A DNA stretch of 64,000 nt from Acidobacteriota bacterium. GTDB taxonomy: Bacteria > Acidobacteriota > UBA6911 > RPQK01 > JAJDTT01. The notes under the pieces were generated by a model. The model worked only from the letters and a program-made list of their open reading frames with translations, had not been told where the DNA came from and ran no database searches. Of the stretch, positions 35,763 through 45,710 are shown one piece after another (positions within the stretch are counted from its first letter, which is position 1; every line of letters begins with the position of its first letter). The DNA lies in the NCBI GenBank assembly GCA_965209055.1, contig OZ242374.1:928001-992000 (forward strand). The letters run 5' to 3'. The position numbers and the translations under genes are program-made.

Positions 35763-36863
35763 TCAAGCCGGCCCGTGTTCCCGGGCGTAGAGTCTCGCAA
35801 TCTTGCCCACATAGGCGGGGATCGGATAGGACCGGTCCCCACCCGGATCGGCCCACACCAGCCCCGCGGGTGGGCCGTCCGTCCGGAGCGTGCCCACAAC
35901 CGGATGAAGGGTGAGCCGCCGAAACGTGATCTGATGACGAACCGGTTTCAGCAAGCCGCCGATGTTGAGCGACAAGCCGAGTTTGCGATGAAAGGCCTTC
36001 TCCAGCACTTCGGCCGTCAGATCCTGGTCCGGATCCTTGACCCGAATCCGGGGGAATTCCCACATCCCTTTCAAGAATTCACCTTCCCGGTTCCGGGCCA
36101 GCAGGAATCGATCCCGGTGGCGGATCACGGCCACCGCGTAGCTCAACCGTCGCACGGCACGGCGCGCGCGGGGCAGGGGCAGCTTCTCCTGAACTCCGGC
36201 CCGGAGTCCGAGGCAACTCCCCTCCAGCGGGCAGCGACCGCAACCCGGCGAGCGCGGCGTGCAGACCAGTGCCCCCAATTCCATGAGAGCCTGATTCAGA
36301 TCGGACACTTCCTCCCGGGCCGCCGCATAGCGGCTGATGCGGGTCAACAGGTCCCACAGCGGCGGGGAATCGTCTCCGGCGGAGACGCCGTCCATCTTGA
36401 GGTAGCGGGCGAAGAGCCTGCGGATGTTGCCGTCCAGGATGGGCAGGGGTTGCCCATAGGCAATGGAGAGGACGGCTCCGGCCGTATACCGGCCGACTCC
36501 GGGCAACCGGATCATCTCCTGGTAGGTCCGGGGGAACTCACCCCCGTGGCGGTCGCGGATCTGCTGGGCCGCCCGGCGAAGATTGCGGGCACGGCTGTAG
36601 TATCCCAGCCCCGACCAGAGGGCAAGGACTTCGTCCTCGTCGCTTTCGGCCAGGTCTTCCAGCGTGGGATAACGCTTCAGGAACCTCCGGTAGTAGGGAA
36701 CGACGGTCTTCACCTGGGTCTGCTGGAGCATCACCTCGGCCAGGAGGACCGGATAGGGCTCAAGCCGGCGGCGCCAGGGAAGATCGCGCCGGTGCCGCTG
36801 GTACCAGCGCAACAGATCCCGGCAGAATGCGGCGACGGGAACCGGCAGTTCCAGCTTTTCCAT
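35763..36863 (-). CDS. mutY: A/G-specific adenine glycosylase
   Basis: RDLPWR, EVMLQQTQV, WSGLGYYSRARNL, LPGVGRYTA, CTPRSPGCGRCPLEGSC; start MEKLEL at 36863. Confidence 0.95.
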   Translation of the reverse strand: MEKLELPVPVAAFCRDLLRWYQRHRRDLPWRRRLEPYPVLLAEVMLQQTQVKTVVPYYRRFLKRYPTLEDLAESDEDEVLALWSGLGYYSRARNLRRAAQQIRDRHGGEFPRTYQEMIRLPGVGRYTAGAVLSIAYGQPLPILDGNIRRLFARYLKMDGVSAGDDSPPLWDLLTRISRYAAAREEVSDLNQALMELGALVCTPRSPGCGRCPLEGSCLGLRAGVQEKLPLPRARRAVRRLSYAVAVIRHRDRFLLARNREGEFLKGMWEFPRIRVKDPDQDLTAEVLEKAFHRKLGLSLNIGGLLKPVRHQITFRRLTLHPVVGTLRTDGPPAGLVWADPGGDRSYPIPAYVGKIARLYAREHGPA

Positions 36864-36892
36864 GGAGTCGAAAACCAGGCCGGACCGGGCTG

Positions 36893-38071
36893 CTACGGGC
36901 TGAGGACCTGCTTGGCGATGGTGGCGAGCTGCATGTGGGTCGTGCCCTCGTAGATGGACCCGATCTTGGAGTCCCGAAAATACTTCTCCACGGGATAGTC
37001 CCGGGTATAGCCGTAGCCTCCGAAAATCTCGATGGCGCGGGACGTGATCATCTCGGCGACCCTGGAGCTGTAGTATTTGGCCATCGCCGCTTCCTTCAGA
37101 AAGGCCTTGCCCGCGTCCTTCAACCGCGCCGCGTTGTAGACCAGGAGTCTCGCCGCCTCCAACTCCGTCTCCATTTCCGCCACCGAGAACTGGACCCCCT
37201 GGAACCGGCCGATGGGCTTGCCGAACGCCTCCCGCTCTCGACAATAGGCGAGGGCATGGTCCAGGGCCCCCCGGGCCAGGCCGATCATCTGGGCGCCGAT
37301 CCCGATCCTGCCCTCATTCAGAGTCTCGATGGCGACCTTGTAGCCGATGCCTTCGGCTCCCAGGACGTTCTCCGCGGGCACGGCGCAATCCTCCAGGATC
37401 AGCTCGCAGGTGGACGAAGCGCGAATGCCCAGCTTGTCCTCCTTCTTTCCGACGCGGAACCCGGAATAGCCCCGCTCCACCAGGAAGGCGGTGATGCCCT
37501 TGTACCTCTTCTCGGGGGCCGCGTTGGCGAAGACGATGAAAAGGTCGGCTTCCGCCGCGTTCGTGGTCCACAGCTTCCGGCCGCTGAGAACGTAGTGGTC
37601 CCCCCGCCTGGAGGCCCGGGCCGCCATGGTGAACGCGTCGCTGCCGGAGGTCGCCTCCGAGAGGGCGTAGGCGCCCACCCACCGCGAGGCCATGCGGGGG
37701 AGATACCGCTCTTTTTGGGACCGTGTCCCCCATCGCAGCAGAGCGTTGTTGACCAGGGTGTTCTGGACGTCCACGACGACTCCGGCCGAAGCATCCGCCG
37801 TGCTCAGCGCCTCCACCGCCAGAATGGACATGAAGAAACTGGCCCCGGCCCCACCCAGGGACGGGGGGACCTCGATGCCCATCAGGTCCAACTGGAAAAA
37901 CTGCTGCAGGAGCTCGGGCCGGAAGACTCCGTCCCGATCCATCGCCGCGGCCAGTGGCCGGACCTCGCTCCGGGCGAAGTCGGAGACGGCATCCCGAAAC
38001 AGCGCCTCCTCTTCCGACAATTCGGTGAGCGGCGAGGGAGACGAACCGTAGTCGGACATGAGACGGATCAT
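36893..38071 (-). CDS. Acyl-CoA dehydrogenase (short/branched-chain type)
   Basis: YALSEATSGSDA, KEDKLGIRASST, LNEGRIGI, IYEGT. Confidence 0.95.
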   Translation of the reverse strand: MIRLMSDYGSSPSPLTELSEEEALFRDAVSDFARSEVRPLAAAMDRDGVFRPELLQQFFQLDLMGIEVPPSLGGAGASFFMSILAVEALSTADASAGVVVDVQNTLVNNALLRWGTRSQKERYLPRMASRWVGAYALSEATSGSDAFTMAARASRRGDHYVLSGRKLWTTNAAEADLFIVFANAAPEKRYKGITAFLVERGYSGFRVGKKEDKLGIRASSTCELILEDCAVPAENVLGAEGIGYKVAIETLNEGRIGIGAQMIGLARGALDHALAYCREREAFGKPIGRFQGVQFSVAEMETELEAARLLVYNAARLKDAGKAFLKEAAMAKYYSSRVAEMITSRAIEIFGGYGYTRDYPVEKYFRDSKIGSIYEGTTHMQLATIAKQVLSP

Positions 38072-38205
38072 AGACAGACCCCCCTATCCTGACAAGGCCG
38101 GCAGCAGCCCGGCCCGGCCGTCCGCTCCGGGCCGCGGCGGGCCTCCAGCGCCGTCCTGACAGCGGTCCCGGCACCGTAGTAGACTGTTGGCGAGGGATCA
38201 GGGCC

Positions 38206-39123
38206 ATGAGTTCCAAGATCGACGACAGATCGCGAGGCCGGCGTTCTCTTCCCCGAGTCATCGACGACATCGCTGCCACCTACCGGGACAGCCGTCTGAA
38301 GCACCAGCACCTGGGGGAGACGCCGCTTCCCAGCCAGCGGGTCGTTGTCGACGTCCTGGGAAAGATCCGAATGATTCTCTTCCCCGGGTACTTCGGGCAC
38401 CAATCCGTCACCAACGAGACCGTGGAAGAGTACGTGAGCGGCTTGGTCGAAGAGGTGTATCGGCGCCTCTCGAAGGAGATCTGCAAAGCACTCATTCTCG
38501 AATCCGGTCCGGACCCGGAGAAGGTCGGGAGAACCGCGGATGCCATCTGCCTCCGTTTCCTGAAGACCTTTCCGCGGCTTCGCCGGCTGTTGGGACTGGA
38601 CCTGGAGGCCGCCATGGACGGCGACCCGGCGGCCCAGAGCAACCACGAGATCATCTTCAGCTACCCCTGCATGAAGGCCGTCACCATCTATCGGGTCGCC
38701 CACGAGCTGACCCTTTTGAACGTCCCGCTGATCCCCAGGATCATGACCGAATACGCCCATCACGAAACGGGAATCGACATTCACCCGGGCGCCCGTATCG
38801 GACGCCGCTTCTTCATCGACCACGGCACCGGTGTCGTCATCGGCGAAACCACCGAGATCGGAGAGAACGTCAAGCTCTATCAGGGCGTGACCCTGGGTGC
38901 GCTGAGCTTCCCCGAAGGGGCGGCGGCGGCCCGTGGAAAGAAACGCCATCCCACCATCGAGGACAACGTGGTCATCTATTCCGGGGCCACGATTCTGGGC
39001 GGCAATACGGTCATCGGCCGGGACTCCATCATCGGCGGCAACGTCTGGATCATCAGCAGCGTGCCTCCCGGGTCCAAGGTCATGGTGAGGGTTCCCAAAC
39101 TTCGAATCACCGCCGCGGTCTGA
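38206..39123 (+). CDS. cysE: Serine O-acetyltransferase
   Basis: GDPAA, TGIDIHPGA, FFIDHGTGVVIGET, KRHPTIED. Confidence 0.92.
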   Translation: MSSKIDDRSRGRRSLPRVIDDIAATYRDSRLKHQHLGETPLPSQRVVVDVLGKIRMILFPGYFGHQSVTNETVEEYVSGLVEEVYRRLSKEICKALILESGPDPEKVGRTADAICLRFLKTFPRLRRLLGLDLEAAMDGDPAAQSNHEIIFSYPCMKAVTIYRVAHELTLLNVPLIPRIMTEYAHHETGIDIHPGARIGRRFFIDHGTGVVIGETTEIGENVKLYQGVTLGALSFPEGAAAARGKKRHPTIEDNVVIYSGATILGGNTVIGRDSIIGGNVWIISSVPPGSKVMVRVPKLRITAAV

Positions 39124-39242
39124 CCCGCCATTCGATCCGGGCCGGTGTGCCCGCCCTTTCACAGGTCCGCGATCCGGGTCCTCAGGTCGTGCCCGGCCGT
39201 TGACAGTTTCTTCCGGCCATTGGTACCTTGGCCGTTAACTCC

Positions 39243-41942
39243 ATGCTCTATCGGGTCTTACTCTCCATCGGGATCCTGCTGGGGCCGGCCCTGCCCTTGT
39301 TCGGCTCCGACAGGTCCGCGGCCGAGCTCTTCGAGATGCGCATTCGGCCCCTGCTGGCCGAAAACTGCTACGCCTGCCACACCAGCGCCCGCAAGGGAGA
39401 TCTTCGATTGGATTCGAGGGAGGGACTGGTTCGCGGGGGAAGTTCCGGGCCGGCCATCAGGCCCGGAAACGCTGCCGGCAGCCTGCTCGTCCGGGTCGTC
39501 TCCCATACCCATGAGAGGCTGCAGATGCCTCCCCAGGGAAAGCTCAGCGACCGGAATATCGAGGACCTGCGCAGTTGGATCGATGCCGGCGCCGTCTGGC
39601 CGGACACCGGCGACAAGTTGATCGCCTCGAATCCGGCGGCCACCTACACGGTCACGCCGGAGCAACGGGCCTTCTGGTCTCTGCGGCCGCTGCAGGAAAC
39701 CGATCCTCCCGGCGTGGGGGATGCCCCCTGGCCGGGAAACCCCATCGACTATTTCGTCCTGGACCGGCTGGAAAAAGAGGGTCTGGCTCCCGTCGGGTCC
39801 GCCGACAGGCGTACTCTCATCCGGAGAGCCAGCTTCGACCTGATCGGACTTCCGCCCACGCCGGAAGAGGTGGAGGCCTTCGACGCCGACACCTCCCCGG
39901 ACGCCTTCTCCCGGGTCGTGGAGCGGCTGCTGGCCTCCCACCACTATGGAGAGCGTTGGGGGCGCCACTGGCTGGACCTGGCCCGCTATTCCGACGGCAG
40001 ATTGGGAGCCCGGACGGACACTCCCTATCCCAACGCCTTCCGATACCGGGATTGGGTCGTCGAGGCGTTCAACCGGGACCTGCCCTACGATCAATTCATC
40101 CTGGCCCAGGTGGCGGCCGATCAACTGCCCGTCGAGAGCCGGGAGAAATTGCTTGCGGGCCTGGGCTTTCTCGCCGTCGCTCCCAACCTGGACGACCTGG
40201 TGGACGTGACGGCCCGAACTTTCCTGGGGCTGACCGTGGGTTGCGCCCGCTGTCACGACCACAAGTACGACCCCATCCCCACTCAGGACTTCTATTCCCT
40301 GAAGGGTGTGTTCACCAGCAGCAAAGCCGGGGAACACCCTCTGGTAGCCGAATCCATCGTCCAGGCCTACAAGAAGAGCCAGGAGCGGATCAACTCTCAG
40401 AAGGATGCGATTCAGGCCTTCATCACGGCTCAGTCGGAGCAACTGTCGGAAATCCTGATGGGACAGACCTCCGGCTACATGGTGGCCGCCTGGAAGGCGA
40501 TGCGCGGGAATTCGCAGGCGCCGCCGGCCGAACTGGACTCGGAGATCCTGGACCGGTGGGTCAAGTACCTGGGTCGAAAGGACCTGGAACACCCCTACCT
40601 CCGTGAGTGGGAAGAGCTTGGAGGCCAGGGAGGAACTCTCCAACAGGTGAACGATCTCTCCCGCCGGTTCCAGGACATGGTGCTGGCCGTCCACGCCGAG
40701 AAGAAGGGCATCGAGGACAGGAACTACGTGAAGTTGGGCGGGGCCAAAGGGGTCGCCGACCAGGGCACCCGCCAGTTCACGAACCTGGAGTTCCTCGACC
40801 TGGAGAAGTGGTACCTGTGGAGGGACCTGGCGGCGGGGCCCCATCCCCGAGGGAGCTTCCGGTTCCCGGGCGGAGTGTTTTACTACGGCGCGGAAGAGGG
40901 ATTGGAGATCGATCGCTTTCTCAGTCCGGTCTGGAAGGGTCATCTGGATCGGATGCGCGCCGAATTGAAGGGTCTTGAGGACTCGGCTCCCGAGCCCTAT
41001 CCGTTTCTCCACATCTACCAGGACCGGGAGAAACCGGAGGACCTGCAAATCGCAATCCGGGGCGACACGAAGAATCTGGGGGACGTGGCTCCGCGAAGGT
41101 TCCTCCACATTCTGAGCGACGGGACCCCGAAACCATTCACCGGAGGAAGCGGCCGCCTAGAGTTGGCCAAGGCGATTGCCGATCCCCGGAACCCTCTGAC
41201 CGCGCGAGTCATGGTGAATCGGATCTGGCAGCACCATTTCGGCCGGGGACTCATTTCGACGCCGAGCAATCTGGGGAGATTGGGAGAACCGGCCAGTCAC
41301 CCGCGGCTGCTGGACTACTTGGCGGGGCGCTTCATTCGCGGCGGGTGGTCCGTCAAGCAACTCCACAAGGAGATCATGCTGTCGGGCGCCTATGCCCGGA
41401 GCAGCCGACACCACCAGGAGAATTTCCGCAAGGATCCTGAAAACCGGCTTCTGTGGCGAATGAATCCGATTCAGAGGCTGGACGCGGAAGCCCTGCGGGA
41501 CACGATTCTGGCCGTCTCCGGGACTCTGGACCGCACGCCGGGCGGACCGCCGAATCCGCTGGATGAAAAGCACCGCCGCCGCGCCCTGTACGCCACCGTC
41601 AGCCGGACTCAGCCCGACCGGGCCATGGCGCTGTTCGATTTTCCCGATCCCAATGCCCACAGCGACCGGCGCGCCGTGACCGTGGGTCCCATGCAGCGGC
41701 TCTTTTTTCTCAACAGCCCCTTTGTCATGGAGCAGGCAAAAGCCCTGGCCGGTCGCCTGGCGAGAGAGTCGCCCCAGGGGAACCGGGCCCGGATCCGGCG
41801 GGCCTACCAATTGCTGTACGGACGCCCCCCGGATCCGTCCGAGATCCGCATGGGGCTTGAATACCTGGAGGGAGAAAAGGATCCCTGGCCCAAGTACGCC
41901 CAGATGCTGCTGGCGTCCAGCGAGTTCAGTTCGGTGAACTGA
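39243..41942 (+). CDS. Planctomycete cytochrome c / DUF1549 / DUF1553 (PSD1) protein
   Basis: CYACH and CARCHDHK motifs, NPIDYF, GERWGRHWLD, NPLTARVMVNRIWQHHFG; TTGACA promoter upstream. Confidence 0.9.
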   Translation: MLYRVLLSIGILLGPALPLFGSDRSAAELFEMRIRPLLAENCYACHTSARKGDLRLDSREGLVRGGSSGPAIRPGNAAGSLLVRVVSHTHERLQMPPQGKLSDRNIEDLRSWIDAGAVWPDTGDKLIASNPAATYTVTPEQRAFWSLRPLQETDPPGVGDAPWPGNPIDYFVLDRLEKEGLAPVGSADRRTLIRRASFDLIGLPPTPEEVEAFDADTSPDAFSRVVERLLASHHYGERWGRHWLDLARYSDGRLGARTDTPYPNAFRYRDWVVEAFNRDLPYDQFILAQVAADQLPVESREKLLAGLGFLAVAPNLDDLVDVTARTFLGLTVGCARCHDHKYDPIPTQDFYSLKGVFTSSKAGEHPLVAESIVQAYKKSQERINSQKDAIQAFITAQSEQLSEILMGQTSGYMVAAWKAMRGNSQAPPAELDSEILDRWVKYLGRKDLEHPYLREWEELGGQGGTLQQVNDLSRRFQDMVLAVHAEKKGIEDRNYVKLGGAKGVADQGTRQFTNLEFLDLEKWYLWRDLAAGPHPRGSFRFPGGVFYYGAEEGLEIDRFLSPVWKGHLDRMRAELKGLEDSAPEPYPFLHIYQDREKPEDLQIAIRGDTKNLGDVAPRRFLHILSDGTPKPFTGGSGRLELAKAIADPRNPLTARVMVNRIWQHHFGRGLISTPSNLGRLGEPASHPRLLDYLAGRFIRGGWSVKQLHKEIMLSGAYARSSRHHQENFRKDPENRLLWRMNPIQRLDAEALRDTILAVSGTLDRTPGGPPNPLDEKHRRRALYATVSRTQPDRAMALFDFPDPNAHSDRRAVTVGPMQRLFFLNSPFVMEQAKALAGRLARESPQGNRARIRRAYQLLYGRPPDPSEIRMGLEYLEGEKDPWPKYAQMLLASSEFSSVN

Positions 41943-42037
41943 GATTTCCGAACTCGGCCGGGGTTGGCCGGAAAGGACTGGCACGGTACTGACAATCCGG
42001 AAAGATTCCCTTACCGTTGTCACGGGAGGAGCCCAAC

Positions 42038-43411
42038 ATGAACCGACGTGAAATGCTGTCTCTCATGGGGACCGGGTTCGGCACGGTAGGCATGTCCAGC
42101 CTGCTGGCCGGCCCTTCCGGCGACCAGCCCCTGTCTCGCCGGACACCCCATTTCCCACCCAAGGCCAAGCACGTCATCTTTCTCTTCCTCAACGGCGGGC
42201 TCTCCCAGGTGGATACTTTCGACCCCAAACCGGCGCTGGACCGGCACCACGGCGATCCGCTTCCCGGCCCCAAGGTCAGGACCGACCGGGCCTCGGGAAC
42301 CCTGATGAGATCTCCGTTTCGCTTCAGCCGCCGCGGCGAGAGCGGAATCCCGGTCTCTGAGATCTTCCCGCAAGTGGGCGAATCCATCGACGACTTCTGC
42401 GTCATCCGCTCCATGCATTCGGACATCGGCAATCACGAGCCCTCCCTGCTCCTCATGAGTTGTGGACATCAGCTCCCCGGTCACCCCTCCATGGGTTCGT
42501 GGATCACCTACGGACTGGGCTCCGAGAACGAGAACCTGCCCGGATTCGTGGTGTTGTGCCCCGGCTATCCCATCGTGGGCCCTCCCCTCTGGTCCTCCGG
42601 ATTCCTTCCCAACACCTACCAGGGGACCCACGTTCGCAACAACGAGACGTCGCCGGAAAAGCTGGTGCGGAACGTTCGAAATCAGAGTTTGCTCCCCGGC
42701 GAGCAGGAGCGGCAGTTGGCTCTGTTGTCCCGACTCAACCGCTCCTACCTGGGACGGCTCGGTCACCAGCCGGAACTGGAGTCGGGCATCGCCGCCATGG
42801 AAGTGGCGTTCCGGATGCAGATGGAAGTGCCCCACGTCTTCGACATCACCCGGGAGAAGGAATCCACACGCTCGCGGTACGGCGACAGCGACTTCGGCCG
42901 CGGCTGCCTCATGGCCCTTCGCCTGGTGGAGCAGGGGGTTCGCATGGTCCAGGTCTTCTACGGAAGCTCCCAGCCTTGGGACAGCCACGACGACATCCAG
43001 GACCACCGCCGCCACGCCCAGGTGGCCGACGGTCCCATCGCCGCCCTGATCCGGGACCTGAAGTCACGGGGCCTGTTCGAGGAGACCCTGGTCATGGTCG
43101 GCAGCGAGTTCGGCCGCACGCCCATGATTCAGAACAGCGGCCTGGAGAAGATCGGAAAGGGGCGGGACCACAACGTGCACGGCTACAGCACGCTTCTGGC
43201 GGGAGGTGGAATTCGCGGCGGCTGCACCTACGGCGCCACCGACGATTTCGGATACAAGGCCGTGGAAGACCGGGTCCATCCCAATGACCTGCATGCCACG
43301 ATCCTGCATCTCCTGGGCTTGGACCACACGCGATTGACCTTTCGGTACAGCGGGAGGGACTTCCGCCTCACCGACGTGGGGGGCAAGGTCCTCCACGACG
43401 TCCTGGCGTGA
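42038..43411 (+). CDS. DUF1501 domain protein with Tat signal
   Basis: MNRREML, GGLSQVDTFDPKP, WDSH, SEFGRTP, GRDH, DLHATILHLLG. Confidence 0.92.
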   Translation: MNRREMLSLMGTGFGTVGMSSLLAGPSGDQPLSRRTPHFPPKAKHVIFLFLNGGLSQVDTFDPKPALDRHHGDPLPGPKVRTDRASGTLMRSPFRFSRRGESGIPVSEIFPQVGESIDDFCVIRSMHSDIGNHEPSLLLMSCGHQLPGHPSMGSWITYGLGSENENLPGFVVLCPGYPIVGPPLWSSGFLPNTYQGTHVRNNETSPEKLVRNVRNQSLLPGEQERQLALLSRLNRSYLGRLGHQPELESGIAAMEVAFRMQMEVPHVFDITREKESTRSRYGDSDFGRGCLMALRLVEQGVRMVQVFYGSSQPWDSHDDIQDHRRHAQVADGPIAALIRDLKSRGLFEETLVMVGSEFGRTPMIQNSGLEKIGKGRDHNVHGYSTLLAGGGIRGGCTYGATDDFGYKAVEDRVHPNDLHATILHLLGLDHTRLTFRYSGRDFRLTDVGGKVLHDVLA

Positions 43412-43414
43412 CGG

Positions 43415-45670
43415 TCAAGGCGCCAGGAGTCGAGCCGCCCGTTCGACCTCGCCGGAGAAAGCCCGGATCAAGCCGGCCGTCCGTTCGATCTGAGCCTCGA
43501 CCTGTTTCCAGTTCCGCTGCTCAATGGCCTCTCGTACTCCGGGAAGGGTCTTGACTCCGTACCCGGTGTAGAAGCCCGGCGCATAGATGTGATGCCGGTA
43601 CCAGGGGCGCCCCGGCAGCCCCTCCGGGTGTGCGAATTTCTGCTCCAGCCCCGTCAGGATCCGATTCAACTGCAACCGTTCCGCTTCCGGAAGCGTGCCC
43701 CTCGATGCGAAACGTCCGTAGCCGCGAGCATACTTGCGGGCGCTGACCTGAAGTCCCGCCACGGCGTTTCGAAGCGGCGCGAAGTTGAAGAAGGGAACCG
43801 CGTCCCGAGGCGCGGGAGGGACGTAGGTCCGCGTCGGATCCGAGGCCGCTTTCAGATATCCCTCCCGGATCCAACGGTTCAGGGCTTCGGTCCCGCGGCG
43901 CATTTCGCCGGCCAGATTCATGACCTCCGTCAGGTAACCCTCCAGCGTGGCGGCCAGGCGGGTGAACTCCAACGGCAGGACTTCGGCATTGGCCAGCCGA
44001 AGAACGATTCTGCCGGCCACCTGGGCCAGGACCACGCCGTACCGGTATCCCGGATCCATGAACCGGTGGTAATGGTCGAAGGAGTCATAGAGGGAATGAT
44101 AGGAGCCCTGGGAGGACTCGCCGCCGAAAGCCAGATTCAGGCTGGCGATTCCCAGGTGCTGGAGAAACGGAGTGTAGTCGGAACCCGATCCCAGGGCTCC
44201 CAGCCTCACCCGCTCCACCGGTGCAAGCGGCAGCGGATCGATGGAGACCGTTCGCCGGGCCAGGGAACGCTGCAGGACGCTCAGGTCCGTCTGGGGATCG
44301 TCGACGTCCCTCGCCGCCTGATTGACCAGCGTTTCCAGGATGTGGGAGCCTCCCGCGCTCAGGAATCCGCGGCCGTTGGAGTCGCTGTTCACGTACACGA
44401 CGGCCTTTTTCTTCAACTCGCCGGCGTATTCCTCCACCCACTCGGTGGAGCCGATCAGGCCCGGCTCCTCGGCGTCCCAGGCGGCGTAGACGATGCTGCG
44501 GCGAGGACGCCAACCGTCCCCGGACAGGCTGGCCACCGCCCGGGCCTCGGCCAGCATGGCGGCCACGCCGCTCACCGGATCCCTGGCGCCGTGGACCCAG
44601 GCGTCGTGATGGTTGCCGCGGAGGATCCACTGATCCGGCTCTTCCCGGCCTTCCAGCCGGGCGATGACGTTGTAGACGCGAACCAGGTCCCAGTTGAACT
44701 CCAGCTTGAGGCGCACCTTGGCCGGACCCGGACCCACGTGGTAGGTGATGGGCAGGGCGCCGCGCCAATGGGGGGGAGCCACCGGACCCTCCAGCGCGCT
44801 GAGCAGGGGAAGGGCGTCTCCATGGGAGATGGGAAGGACCGGAATTCGAGGCAGGGTGGGCGCTTCGCTGCGGGACAACCTTTCGGCGTCCTCGGTCGCC
44901 GCCGTGAAGGGGGTCAATGGATCTCCGGGATGGACCGGCATGTCGAGCACCGATCCCCTCTCCACCCCATCCTCATTCCGAAACGGACCCGCGGGATAGG
45001 CGTCACCCTGGAAATACCCGTCGTCTTTGGGATCGGAATAGATGATGCAGGCCAGCGCGCCCCGCTCGGCCGCCAGCTTGGGCTTGAGCCCCCTCCATGA
45101 ACCCCCGTAGCGGGCGATGACGATCCGGTTCTTGACCTGAATGCCCCGGCGGTCCAGTTGCTCGTAATCGGCCGGGATCCCGTAGTTGACGTAGACCAGT
45201 TGACCGGTCGCCTCCCCATCCGGCGAGTAGGCGTTGTAGGCGGGCAAAATTTCCGAGGTCTGGCCGGAGGTGGAATCCTCGGCCAGCGCGGGTTCCTTCA
45301 GGCGAGCCCGGAAAGGCTCGGGCTCCAGCATTTCCAACCGGCGGAGCCTGGGTGTGGGAAAGAGGATCCGGTACTCGTCCAACCGGGCTTCATACCCCCA
45401 GGAGCGAAAGAGGGAAACCATGAACTCGGCGTTTTCCCGGCCTTTGGGAGAGCCCGGGTGATGCGGGCGGGAACTGAGCTTTCGGATCCATTCTTCAATC
45501 TGCGCCGGATCCAGGTCGGCGTCCATTTTCGATTCCAGGCGCCGCTGCTCCTCGGCCGCGCCGCGGGAAAACCCCAGGATTTCGGGAGGATTCTCCGGAG
45601 CGCTCTCGACCGGACCCCAACCGCTCCACAGGATCAGAAAACCGATTCCACAATTTCTACAGATGCGCAT
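43415..45670 (-). CDS. M28 glutamate carboxypeptidase II-like protein (PA and transferrin-receptor dimerisation domains)
   Basis: GNHHDAW, WDAEE, GSTEW, LGSGSDY, YHSLYD. Confidence 0.92.
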   Translation of the reverse strand: MRICRNCGIGFLILWSGWGPVESAPENPPEILGFSRGAAEEQRRLESKMDADLDPAQIEEWIRKLSSRPHHPGSPKGRENAEFMVSLFRSWGYEARLDEYRILFPTPRLRRLEMLEPEPFRARLKEPALAEDSTSGQTSEILPAYNAYSPDGEATGQLVYVNYGIPADYEQLDRRGIQVKNRIVIARYGGSWRGLKPKLAAERGALACIIYSDPKDDGYFQGDAYPAGPFRNEDGVERGSVLDMPVHPGDPLTPFTAATEDAERLSRSEAPTLPRIPVLPISHGDALPLLSALEGPVAPPHWRGALPITYHVGPGPAKVRLKLEFNWDLVRVYNVIARLEGREEPDQWILRGNHHDAWVHGARDPVSGVAAMLAEARAVASLSGDGWRPRRSIVYAAWDAEEPGLIGSTEWVEEYAGELKKKAVVYVNSDSNGRGFLSAGGSHILETLVNQAARDVDDPQTDLSVLQRSLARRTVSIDPLPLAPVERVRLGALGSGSDYTPFLQHLGIASLNLAFGGESSQGSYHSLYDSFDHYHRFMDPGYRYGVVLAQVAGRIVLRLANAEVLPLEFTRLAATLEGYLTEVMNLAGEMRRGTEALNRWIREGYLKAASDPTRTYVPPAPRDAVPFFNFAPLRNAVAGLQVSARKYARGYGRFASRGTLPEAERLQLNRILTGLEQKFAHPEGLPGRPWYRHHIYAPGFYTGYGVKTLPGVREAIEQRNWKQVEAQIERTAGLIRAFSGEVERAARLLAP

Positions 45671-45710
45671 CGAGAACCTCCGGGAAACTCGCCAGGCTGC
45701 CGAGACCGTC

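Noticed and set aside
35763-37244. N-terminally extended MutY (493 aa)
   Set aside because: The extension overlaps the acyl-CoA dehydrogenase in another frame; homology starts near 36863
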